A stretch of 64,000 bases of DNA from an uncultured Spirochaetales bacterium (GTDB taxonomy: Bacteria; UBP6; UBA1177; JAKLFG01): positions 212,164-276,163 of the forward strand of contig CAYQBN010000001.1 of NCBI GenBank assembly GCA_964415795.1, written 5' to 3'. Positions within the stretch are counted from its first letter, which is position 1. Each line of letters starts with the position of its first letter. Under the pieces are notes generated by a model. It made no database searches and was not told where the DNA came from. It worked only from the letters and a program-made list of their open reading frames with translations. A program made the translations under genes and the position numbers. Below, in pieces: positions 26,969 to 35,866 of this stretch.

Positions 26969-28273
26969 ATGAGCATACGCAACGAGAACCGGCCGGGATA
27001 CAAGAAAACGAAAGTCGGCTGGATACCGGAGGAGTGGGAGGTAAGAAAATTATCGGATTTGTGCCGGTATCCTGAGTCCGGCTTTAGCGCAAACAACACT
27101 GATAATAGCGTCGCTCCTCATTCAGAATTCAAAGGTGTTTTGAAACTAAGTTGCATTTCGGACGGAAAATTTAACCCTCTTGAGAATAAAGAGGTTATCC
27201 CAGAAGATAGTGAAAAGTTATTTGCCCCAGTAAAGAGAAACACCATCATCATAAGCAGATCAAATACCGCAGAACTTGTGGGGGCTGTCTGTTTCGTAAG
27301 AGAGGATATTCCCAATTTGTTTTTATCAGATTTGCTATGGTCAATTTCTCCCAAGAATGAAAAAGCAACCAACATGGAATGGCTGGCGATATTGTTACAA
27401 CTAAAGAGGTTTCGTCAGGAAATCATGGCGAGGTCTCATGGTACCAGCGGCAGTATGAAAAAACTGACAAAAGATGAGTTTTTAGGAATAACTATTCCCT
27501 ACCCTCCCTTCCCCGAACAACGCCGCATCGCAACCATCCTCTCTACATGGGACCGCGCGATCGATCAGGTACGGGCGCTCATCGAGGCGAAAAAGAAACT
27601 CAAGAAAGGGCTGATGCAACAACTCCTCACCGGCCGGATGCGCTTCCCCGAATTCGGCAAACCGGCCAAACAAGGCCAACTGCCGGAAGGGTGGAGGCAA
27701 GTTAAGATAGGCGACCTACTAAAAGAAACAAGTCGGCCGGTGGATTTTAACGACAACGATTTTTACCCGCTCATAAGTGTTCGACGCAACTCTGGCGGTG
27801 CGTTTTATCGCCAAACACTTAAGGGCTCGGACATCGCAACAAAAAATCTCTTCGTCACAAAACAGGGCGATTTTCTGATCTCAAAGATGCAGGTGCTGCA
27901 CGGCGCGATGGCCGTGACTCCTAGCGAATTTGACGGAATGCATATTTCGGGAAGCTACATAGCTCTTGTTCCCAAAAACAAAGAAGACCTCTCTATTGAG
28001 TATTTCAACTACCTCGCTCAGACACCGAAGATGTACCACAAGGCATATATCTCAAGCCATGGTGTGCATATAGAAAAAATGACCTTCGACCTCGATCTGT
28101 TTCTTAACGAGAAGATAGTTGTTCCTACAAAAAGAGAGCAGGAGAAAATCGTTCATGTCATTAGGAGCATAGAGCAAATAGTAGGTCTGCTTGATGCAGG
28201 CGTTGAGCATTTCAAGCAACAGAAAAAAGGACTCATGCAGAAGTTGTTGACCGGTGAGATACGGGTGAAATGA
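26969..28273 (+). CDS. hsdS: Type I RM specificity subunit (two TRDs)
   Basis: GWIPEEW, PEQRRIATILS...KKGLMQQLLTG repeated as EQEKIV...KKGLMQKLLTG. Confidence 0.95.
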   Translation: MSIRNENRPGYKKTKVGWIPEEWEVRKLSDLCRYPESGFSANNTDNSVAPHSEFKGVLKLSCISDGKFNPLENKEVIPEDSEKLFAPVKRNTIIISRSNTAELVGAVCFVREDIPNLFLSDLLWSISPKNEKATNMEWLAILLQLKRFRQEIMARSHGTSGSMKKLTKDEFLGITIPYPPFPEQRRIATILSTWDRAIDQVRALIEAKKKLKKGLMQQLLTGRMRFPEFGKPAKQGQLPEGWRQVKIGDLLKETSRPVDFNDNDFYPLISVRRNSGGAFYRQTLKGSDIATKNLFVTKQGDFLISKMQVLHGAMAVTPSEFDGMHISGSYIALVPKNKEDLSIEYFNYLAQTPKMYHKAYISSHGVHIEKMTFDLDLFLNEKIVVPTKREQEKIVHVIRSIEQIVGLLDAGVEHFKQQKKGLMQKLLTGEIRVK

Positions 28274-29493
28274 ACAACTCTTGGGTTAATGTTTTCGTTG
28301 ATGAATCTGGTACCAACGAACTGGATTCCACAAAACAAGGGGTTTCCAACCTTTTCATTTGTGTGGCTGTCGTCGTGGACGATGAACACATGGATGAGGT
28401 AACGACAGCGATCAATGATATCCGCAAGAAGCTTTGTAGCGGTGCCGAAATAAAGAGCAGCAGAATAGCTTCGAACCATGACAGAAGGCTCCAATTTTTA
28501 AGAGGAATAGAGAAGCTTCCTTTCAGATATTATGCCTTGGTGATTAACAAAGATGCTGTATACAGCGATTCCGGCTATCAATATAAACGCACTTTTTATA
28601 AAGCAGTACATCGGCGCCTCTATAACTTAGTCTCTTCTAGCGGAAAAAGTCTGCGAGTAAAAGCGGATGAAATCGGCGGGCAAGATTATATGGAAGGGTT
28701 CGATGATTACTTGAAGGACAAAGATTATCCCAACCTATTTACTCAGTTTGAGCATTCATTTGTGAAAAGCGAGAATGAGCCCGTTATACAGTTGGCTGAC
28801 TTGATTGCTGGAACATTGGGATATTGTTTTGATGAAACAAAAAAATCCGAGAAAGCGACAGAGTTCCGGAAAATATTAAGAAAATTAGAGGTTGCGGTTG
28901 ATTGTTGGCCTCCTTTGCCCATGGAGGTGGGCAAATCGGCAGGCAATCAATGGGACGAGAAAATACGAGAAGCGGCAAGAAGAAGGGCGATCTCTTTCAT
29001 TGAAGAAAATGAGAATTCATCAGAGATAGATGAACAAATACAAGCGGCAACACTTAAAAGACTCTTTTTTGCCAGAGAGTTCGAGGATAGGGAAGATCAA
29101 ACCATTTTTTCTGATAGTCTGATCGCTTCGTTGGAAAACGAGGGCTTCGGGAAAATATCGAAACAGGCATTCACTTCGCGCATCATTGGAAAACTGCGAT
29201 TTGAAGGAGTCGTTATTTCGGGCTCCAAGGACGGATATAGACTGGCGCTTTCTCATGAAGACATTCACGAATACCTCTGCCATGATAAAACCATAATAGA
29301 GCCGATGCTCGCCAGAATCGGAAGAGCGCGCCAAGCCGTTCAAGAAGCAACAGAAATGAAACTCGATATTCTGGCCGAAGAACCATATCTTGTTTTGGGA
29401 AAGATATTGGAGGCGGCCAAAGACTATGATCTTGACAACAGTACCAAGCGTTTGTGCGATGAAGAAGAGGACGAAACGGAGGAGAAAATATGA
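28270..29493 (+). CDS. DUF3800-family protein (RNase H-like fold) with C-terminal extension
   Basis: VFVDESG, IKSS, IQLADLIAG motifs; ATGA overlaps with both hsdS and hsdR. Confidence 0.8.
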   Translation: MNNSWVNVFVDESGTNELDSTKQGVSNLFICVAVVVDDEHMDEVTTAINDIRKKLCSGAEIKSSRIASNHDRRLQFLRGIEKLPFRYYALVINKDAVYSDSGYQYKRTFYKAVHRRLYNLVSSSGKSLRVKADEIGGQDYMEGFDDYLKDKDYPNLFTQFEHSFVKSENEPVIQLADLIAGTLGYCFDETKKSEKATEFRKILRKLEVAVDCWPPLPMEVGKSAGNQWDEKIREAARRRAISFIEENENSSEIDEQIQAATLKRLFFAREFEDREDQTIFSDSLIASLENEGFGKISKQAFTSRIIGKLRFEGVVISGSKDGYRLALSHEDIHEYLCHDKTIIEPMLARIGRARQAVQEATEMKLDILAEEPYLVLGKILEAAKDYDLDNSTKRLCDEEEDETEEKI

Positions 29494-32400
29494 CGAACAT
29501 GAACCCAACCGCCGCCCCCGCCTTCGATGAAGACAATATCTCCAAAATTCCAGCGCTTCTCCTCTTGCAGAACCTCGGTTACACCTACCTCTCCCCCAAC
29601 GAAGCGCTCACCCTGCGCGGCGGCAAACTCTCCAATGTTCTCCTCGAAGGCATCCTCGTCCCATGGCTCCGTGAAAACAACCGCTTCCGGTATAAAGGCG
29701 CCGACTACCCGCTCTCGGAGAATAACATCTACACCGCCGTGCAGGCGCTCAAAGAGACGCCCTTCGACGGCCTCATCCGCACCAACGAGAAGATATACGA
29801 CCTCCTTTGCCTCGGAAAAAGTTTGCAACAGCAGATAAGCGGCGACCTCAAGAGCACTACACTCAAATACATAGACTGGGAACATCCCGAAAACAATGTC
29901 TATCATGTCACCGAAGAGTTCGCAGTCGAGCAGACCGGCAGTTATGAAACGCGGCGCCCCGACATCGTTCTTTTCGTCAACGGCATTCCGCTGTGCGTCA
30001 TCGAATGCAAGTCGCCGCACATCAAGGAGCCGATGCGGGAAGCGATCTCCCAGCACATCCGCAACCAGAAAGACGAGGAGATACCGAAACTGTTCATCTA
30101 TTCACAACTGCTCCTTGCCCTGTCCAAGAACGAGGCCATGTACGCCACGACCGGAACGCCGCTCAAGTTCTGGGCGCAGTGGCGCGAGGAAGACGAGAAC
30201 CTCGACGAAACGCTGAAACCGCTCATCGAGCAGCCGGTGAGCGAGGAACAGATCGACAAGATGTACGGCGCGGGTTTCATCCGCGAGAAACGCCCCGCCT
30301 ACGGAACGCTGACACGACAGGTGACCGAACAGGACCGGGCGCTCTATGCCCTGTGCCGTCCCGAACGGCTTCTCGAACTTACCTACCGCTTCATCCTCTA
30401 CGATGCGGGGGTGAAGAAGATCGCGCGGTATCAGCAGTATTTCTGCGTGAAGAACATCCTTAAACGGATTCAGACGCGCGACGCCGAGGGTCGGCGCACG
30501 GGCGGTCTGGTGTGGCACACGCAGGGAAGCGGCAAGTCGCTCACGATGGTGATGCTCGCCAAGTCGCTGGCGCTTGCCGAAGGAATCGGCGATTACCGGA
30601 TCGTGCTCGTCACCGACCGGGTCGATCTCGACGACCAGATTTACAAGACCTTTACCTATTGCGGAAAAGAAGTGGACCAAGCCGAAAGCGGGAAACATCT
30701 GTGCGAACTGCTGACGAAAGGAAAGAACCGTATCATCGCGACAATCATAGACAAGTTCGAAGCGGCGGTGTCGAAACAGCAGGTGGAGATCCCGAGCACC
30801 GAGATATTCGTATTGGTTGACGAAGGGCACCGGACGCAGTACGGGCCGCGCCATGCCAAGATGCGGCGGGTCCTTCCCAACGCCTGTTACATCGGTTTTA
30901 CCGGAACGCCGGTGATGAAAAAGGACAAGGATACCGTCAGGAAGTTCGGGGGGCTTATAGAACCGACTTACACCATAGAGAAAGCGGTCGCCGACAAGGC
31001 GGTGGTGCCGCTGCTCTACGAAGGGCGCCACATCGACCAGTTCGTGGACGAGAAAGGGATAGATGCATGGTTCGAACGGGCCACGCAGAACCTCTCCAAA
31101 GAACAGGCGGCCGATCTGAAAAAGAAGTTCTCGACCACCGACCAACTCAACGCGGCAGATCAAAAGGTAAAGGCGATCGCATGGGATATCAGCGAACACT
31201 TCCGCGATAACTGGCAGGGAACCGGTTTCAAAGGTCAACTGGTAACGCAGAGCAAGACAACGGCGCTCAAGTACAAACGCTATCTCGATGAGTTCGGCAT
31301 GGTTTCCTCGGAGGTCCTGATATCGGGCCCCGACGAACGGGAAGGGGAAACCGACATCTATGAGGGAAATTCGCAGGAAGTTCAACGGTTCTGGAAGGCG
31401 ATGATGCAGCGATTCGGCTCCGAGCGGGCCTACAACAAACAGATCATCAATGCCTTTCAGACCGCCGAACACCCCGAGATCATCATCGTGGTCGACAAGT
31501 TGCTGACCGGGTTCGACGCGCCCAAGAACACCGTGCTGTACCTGACGCGGATACTGAAAGACCACACCCTTTTGCAGGCCATCGCGCGGGTGAACCGGGT
31601 AGCGGAGGGTAAAGATTTCGGGTACATCATCGATTACCGCGGCGTTCTCTCCAATCTGGGGAAAGCGCTCGATCTGTACCGGGCTTTGCCGGAGTTCGAT
31701 GCGGCCGACATCGGTGAAGTGTTGACCGATGTACGCAAGGCAATCGCTTCGCTTCCCGAAAAACACACGATTCTTTGGGACACCTTCAAAGAAGTTCGGA
31801 ACAGAAACGACGAAGAGGAGTACGAACGGTTGCTCGCCGACGAGGAAAAACGACAGAAATTCTACGATCGACTTTCGGTCTTTTCCCGTTCATTGGCTAT
31901 CGCTTTGGCAAGCGAGGCGGCCTACGAAGTAATTCCGCGCGACACGATGGAACGCTACAAAAAAGACCTCGCTTTCTTCGTAAAATTACGCACAGCGATC
32001 CGGAGGCGGTATGCCGAAGTGATCGATTTTGGTGAATACGAGCCCAAGATACAGAAACTGCTCGACACCTATGTAGGGGCGGGAACGGTCGAGAAATTGA
32101 CGCCTCTCGTCAATATTTTCGACAAGGAATCTTTCGCCCAAGAGGTCGACAAGGTGCAAGGGGCGGCGGCAAAGGCCGACACCATCGCCTATCGGACTTC
32201 TCGTATGATCCATGAACGGATGGGAGAGGACGAGGTCTTTTACAAACGGTTTTCCGAACTGCTGAAAGATACCATTCGCGCTTTTCGGGAAGGAAGGATC
32301 AGCGACACGGAATATCTGCGCCGCGTCAGCGAATACTGGCAATCGGTGGTGAACCGAACAGGCGACAAAACGCCACGCAAACTCGACCACCGCGATATTG

Positions 32401-32687
32401 CGAAGGCATACTTCGGCATCATCAAGGAGGTGATTCCAGAGCAGGTGTTCGAACACAAAGAGCGCGACGAACTCATCGCCGACATGGCGCTCCTGATCGA
32501 CGATACCATCGAACGATTACGCATCGTGAACTGGACAAACAATATCGATGTCCAGAATCGCATTCGTACCGCTATCGAAGATGCGCTGTTCGATTTCCAG
32601 AAGGCACAGGGAATAACCATTTCCTTTGCCGAGATTGACGCTATCATGGAACGGTGCATCGCTACCGCCAAAGTGCGGAGACCATGA
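29490..32687 (+). CDS. hsdR: Type I RM restriction subunit
   Basis: RRPDIVLFVNGIPLCVIECK, WHTQGSGKS, VDEGHRTQY, GFTGTP, DKLLTGFDAP, QAIARVNR. Confidence 0.97.
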   Translation: MTNMNPTAAPAFDEDNISKIPALLLLQNLGYTYLSPNEALTLRGGKLSNVLLEGILVPWLRENNRFRYKGADYPLSENNIYTAVQALKETPFDGLIRTNEKIYDLLCLGKSLQQQISGDLKSTTLKYIDWEHPENNVYHVTEEFAVEQTGSYETRRPDIVLFVNGIPLCVIECKSPHIKEPMREAISQHIRNQKDEEIPKLFIYSQLLLALSKNEAMYATTGTPLKFWAQWREEDENLDETLKPLIEQPVSEEQIDKMYGAGFIREKRPAYGTLTRQVTEQDRALYALCRPERLLELTYRFILYDAGVKKIARYQQYFCVKNILKRIQTRDAEGRRTGGLVWHTQGSGKSLTMVMLAKSLALAEGIGDYRIVLVTDRVDLDDQIYKTFTYCGKEVDQAESGKHLCELLTKGKNRIIATIIDKFEAAVSKQQVEIPSTEIFVLVDEGHRTQYGPRHAKMRRVLPNACYIGFTGTPVMKKDKDTVRKFGGLIEPTYTIEKAVADKAVVPLLYEGRHIDQFVDEKGIDAWFERATQNLSKEQAADLKKKFSTTDQLNAADQKVKAIAWDISEHFRDNWQGTGFKGQLVTQSKTTALKYKRYLDEFGMVSSEVLISGPDEREGETDIYEGNSQEVQRFWKAMMQRFGSERAYNKQIINAFQTAEHPEIIIVVDKLLTGFDAPKNTVLYLTRILKDHTLLQAIARVNRVAEGKDFGYIIDYRGVLSNLGKALDLYRALPEFDAADIGEVLTDVRKAIASLPEKHTILWDTFKEVRNRNDEEEYERLLADEEKRQKFYDRLSVFSRSLAIALASEAAYEVIPRDTMERYKKDLAFFVKLRTAIRRRYAEVIDFGEYEPKIQKLLDTYVGAGTVEKLTPLVNIFDKESFAQEVDKVQGAAAKADTIAYRTSRMIHERMGEDEVFYKRFSELLKDTIRAFREGRISDTEYLRRVSEYWQSVVNRTGDKTPRKLDHRDIAKAYFGIIKEVIPEQVFEHKERDELIADMALLIDDTIERLRIVNWTNNIDVQNRIRTAIEDALFDFQKAQGITISFAEIDAIMERCIATAKVRRP

Positions 32688-33391
32688 TGCTTTTTCTGCC
32701 GATTTCATTCGGAACACGCACTTTCATGGTGCAAGTGTTATTCTCGGAGAAAAGACATTTGTCTCTGCGTGTCTATCCCGACTGCTCAATCGTCGCACGG
32801 GTCCCGAAAGGAAACGATGTCGAAAAAGTATCTAAAATCATTAGCAGAAAGGCGTCTTGGATTGTCAAGCAATTAGATTTCTTTTCCAATTTTCCATTGC
32901 CACAGCCTGAACGACGCTATGTCAGCGGAGAAACGCACCGCTACTTGGGACGGCAGTATCGGCTCAAAATCCGACAAGGAGAAAAGGGGGTCCGGCTGAT
33001 CGGGCATCATTTTGAGATCACGGTTCCCGATCCTCATGATGCGCGTAAGATCAAAATGGCGCTCGACGCATGGTATCGGGAGCATACCATTTCGTATATC
33101 AGCAGCCGCATCGAACATCTTTGGCCACGATTTGAACGAACCGGCATCCAACGCCCCCCGCTTATTTTCCGCAAAATGAAAACCCGCTGGGGTAGTTGCT
33201 CTCCGCAGGGCCGCATAACATTCAATACCGAACTCATCAAGGCACCCAGCGACTGCATTGACTATGTGATCGTGCACGAACTCTGCCATCTGAAATACCC
33301 GAAACACGATCGTGTTTTCTATCGCTTACTCGAACGGATCATGCCCGATTGGGAAACTAGGAAAAAGCGCCTAGAACAAATGTTGTGGTGA
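32684..33391 (+). CDS. YgjP/SprT-like (DUF45) zinc metallopeptidase
   Basis: MKTRWGSCS, IDYVIVHELCHL...HD..FY; common companion of type I RM loci. Confidence 0.9.
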   Translation: MMLFLPISFGTRTFMVQVLFSEKRHLSLRVYPDCSIVARVPKGNDVEKVSKIISRKASWIVKQLDFFSNFPLPQPERRYVSGETHRYLGRQYRLKIRQGEKGVRLIGHHFEITVPDPHDARKIKMALDAWYREHTISYISSRIEHLWPRFERTGIQRPPLIFRKMKTRWGSCSPQGRITFNTELIKAPSDCIDYVIVHELCHLKYPKHDRVFYRLLERIMPDWETRKKRLEQMLW

Positions 33392-33570
33392 TAAAAGGGT
33401 TCCCTTTTGCTACCGCGCTAACGGCGCCACCCCGCTGACCGCAACGCGTTTTCTTCGCTGACACCACGGGCACTTATTCTGGCAAGTAGCAATAATATGT
33501 GGTACAAAGGGGCACTAAATAGAGCGATTACGGTCGAATCCGTTTATTGTGAATAACGGGGGAAAAACAA

Positions 33571-34956
33571 ATGAAAAGAACAGATTGGGTCATGCTAGGA
33601 ATCACCTTCCTGCTGTGGGGCTGCGGCGACGAGACAGAGCATAAGCCGGCAAGCGACGCCGATCAGGCGACCGTCACCGACGACACGGTGACCGACGAAA
33701 CAATTACCGATGACACGGTGACCGACGATGCGGTGAACGACGACACGACCGTTGACAATCAGTCCGATTCGATTGACCAAGATCTTTGTTCATGCGATTA
33801 CGGACCTGATGCCGATGAGACTGGTCCCGACGATGTCGAGCTGGACGAGATACCCGACATCGATAACCAGAACTGCTTCAACCTCGGGACGAGCTACAAC
33901 AAAGATGGCCTTGACGATGTCGCGACCGGCATATCGCTCGCGGTCTACTCGAATGGCTGGGGGAACCTGCTCGACACCATCACGATGGAGACCGAAGGGA
34001 CCATCACACTGGAGGTCCCCGAGGAAAATCCCTATAACGGAGAGACGCCCTCTTACTTCATCTACGAGACGGCGAACGGTTTTTTCACCAAGTACGCCTA
34101 CGCGCAGTTCGACGACACGATAACGGTAGACCTCGATCCGGTGATGCCGAACAATCTCATCAACGGCAACATCTTCATCGTGCAGTACTACTTCGGGCCG
34201 ACCGCGCTCGCGAACACCGCGATAACGGTCACCGACGCTACCTATGCGCTCGTCGGCTGTTTCACGACCGACGGAGAAGGACGATTCGTCATCAACCTTC
34301 CGGCGGGTGACTACCGGTTCCAATTCAAGGACATGGATACGCAACTGTACGACGAGGCGGTCTCGACCACCGGCCCCGGCGACTACCTCGACCTGCGGAT
34401 ACCGGCTCAGGCGCAGATGGCCAAGCCGAACATCTACCTCTATCCGACCGAGACGACCGAGGTTTCGGTCACGCTCGGCTTCCCGCAGGGCGGCTTCATC
34501 ACCACCTCTATTCCCGACTACGGCGACGGCTGGCAGGTGATGGTGACCCCCGACGGCATCATTGACGGCCAGTACGGCTATCTTTTCTACGAGGCGCAGC
34601 AGTTCGACCACTACCAATACAAAGAAGGATGGACCGTGGCGACGGCTGGGTTGGAAAAGTTCTTCCGCGGCAACCTCGCCGCTTACGGCTTCGCGGGACG
34701 CGAGATAGAGGACTTCATCGCGTGGTGGATACCGCGCCTGAACGAAGGTCCCTGCTATGACATCTACCCGCAGACCCGCGCCGAGATAGACCCCTTCGTC
34801 ACGCTCGACATCGCCCCGGCGCCCGACTCGGTCCAGCGCCTTTTCTATGCGACACGGCCCACCGGCGACTGCGCGGCGCACCTCGACGAACCGGTCATCG
34901 TGCCGTTCGTCCGCGATGGCTTCGCCGTCCTCGAATGGGGTGTCGTCCTGCGGTGA
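33571..34956 (+). CDS. Lipoprotein with acidic stalk and conserved C-terminal KPNIYLYP-type domain, function unknown
   Basis: Lipobox LWGC; KPNIYLYP...YLFYEA...DFIAWWIPRL...VLEWG. Confidence 0.65.
   Translation: MKRTDWVMLGITFLLWGCGDETEHKPASDADQATVTDDTVTDETITDDTVTDDAVNDDTTVDNQSDSIDQDLCSCDYGPDADETGPDDVELDEIPDIDNQNCFNLGTSYNKDGLDDVATGISLAVYSNGWGNLLDTITMETEGTITLEVPEENPYNGETPSYFIYETANGFFTKYAYAQFDDTITVDLDPVMPNNLINGNIFIVQYYFGPTALANTAITVTDATYALVGCFTTDGEGRFVINLPAGDYRFQFKDMDTQLYDEAVSTTGPGDYLDLRIPAQAQMAKPNIYLYPTETTEVSVTLGFPQGGFITTSIPDYGDGWQVMVTPDGIIDGQYGYLFYEAQQFDHYQYKEGWTVATAGLEKFFRGNLAAYGFAGREIEDFIAWWIPRLNEGPCYDIYPQTRAEIDPFVTLDIAPAPDSVQRLFYATRPTGDCAAHLDEPVIVPFVRDGFAVLEWGVVLR
33676..33750 (+). repeat. 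15-bp imperfect tandem repeat x5 (ACCGACGACACGGTG; TDDTV)
   Basis: Units at 33676, 33691, 33706, 33721 and 33736. Confidence 0.85.
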
Positions 34957-35006
34957 CGCCTCACGAAGGACCGGCCTTCGACCGGCCGCACCTATAGGAT
35001 GACCGC

Positions 35007-35765
35007 TTACCGACGCTCCCCTTTCGGCATTGGTTTGAAATCGGTCGCATACCACTTGAAGTGGAGGATGCGCTCCGGCTGGAAGATGAAGAAGGCGATG
35101 CGGGCGCGTGCCTCGCCGGCGGTGAAGCAGTAGTAGTCGCCGAAATCCTTCGCGTCGAAGAAGACATCGAGTTCATGGAGCCCGATGCGGAACTTTCCCG
35201 CGGTACCTTGGAACCGGATGAGGTCAAGGTCCTCGACCGTCGCCCAGACGAAGCCTTTGAAGTGCTCGTTCTTCGGCTTGCGTGGGATCACCTGAATTTT
35301 GTAGGCCGGGACCCCCTTGACCGTTTCGACGGCGACGACCGTGCGGAGGTATTCTTTCTCGCCGTTACGGTCGAAGATGGGTATCCCCGGTTTCGATTCG
35401 TGCGGATCGTAGTCGTCGGGATCCTCCGGTTTTCCGTCCACCTCGTAGGAAAGCGTCTTGTATTCGAGGTCCTCGTAGAAGTCGTCCCAGCGGGTATAGA
35501 CCACCTTCTCGGTCTTCACGAGTTCCATCGTATCGGGCTTGTACCACTTCACCTCGAGGTGGCGCGTGGACTGACAGCCGGCATATTTGTCGTACATCTT
35601 CGAGTACTTATCGGTGAGTTTCGCGATGATATCGCGCGAAAGTTCGGGGGTTATCTTCTCGGGAACCGCTGGCTTCGCGGTGAGCGCATCGTCATCGGAA
35701 GGTGGCTCAGCAGCATGTCCACCCAGAGCAAACGCAACCCCAATTACGAACAAGATGTACTTCAT
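35007..35765 (-). CDS. Exported hypothetical protein
   Basis: Signal peptide MKYILFVIGVAFALG; GGAG RBS 9 nt upstream of 35765. Confidence 0.6.
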   Translation of the reverse strand: MKYILFVIGVAFALGGHAAEPPSDDDALTAKPAVPEKITPELSRDIIAKLTDKYSKMYDKYAGCQSTRHLEVKWYKPDTMELVKTEKVVYTRWDDFYEDLEYKTLSYEVDGKPEDPDDYDPHESKPGIPIFDRNGEKEYLRTVVAVETVKGVPAYKIQVIPRKPKNEHFKGFVWATVEDLDLIRFQGTAGKFRIGLHELDVFFDAKDFGDYYCFTAGEARARIAFFIFQPERILHFKWYATDFKPMPKGERR

Positions 35766-35866
35766 CGTCGGCATCTCCGTTATCGTTCGGCGCGCGTTGT
35801 ACCTGAGGAAACGGCGACTGTCAACAGCCATCGCCTCGGAGATATGCCACCTATAGGTGGTGGACC

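Noticed and set aside
33393-33408. Near-perfect palindrome AAAAGGGTTCCCTTTT after the YgjP-like gene
   Set aside because: The loop is only 2 nt and the stem is AT-rich; may be a weak terminator, but not supportable as a feature.
23057-33570. RM island as an integrative or transposable element
   Set aside because: No integrase, transposase, tRNA target or flanking direct repeat was visible by eye.
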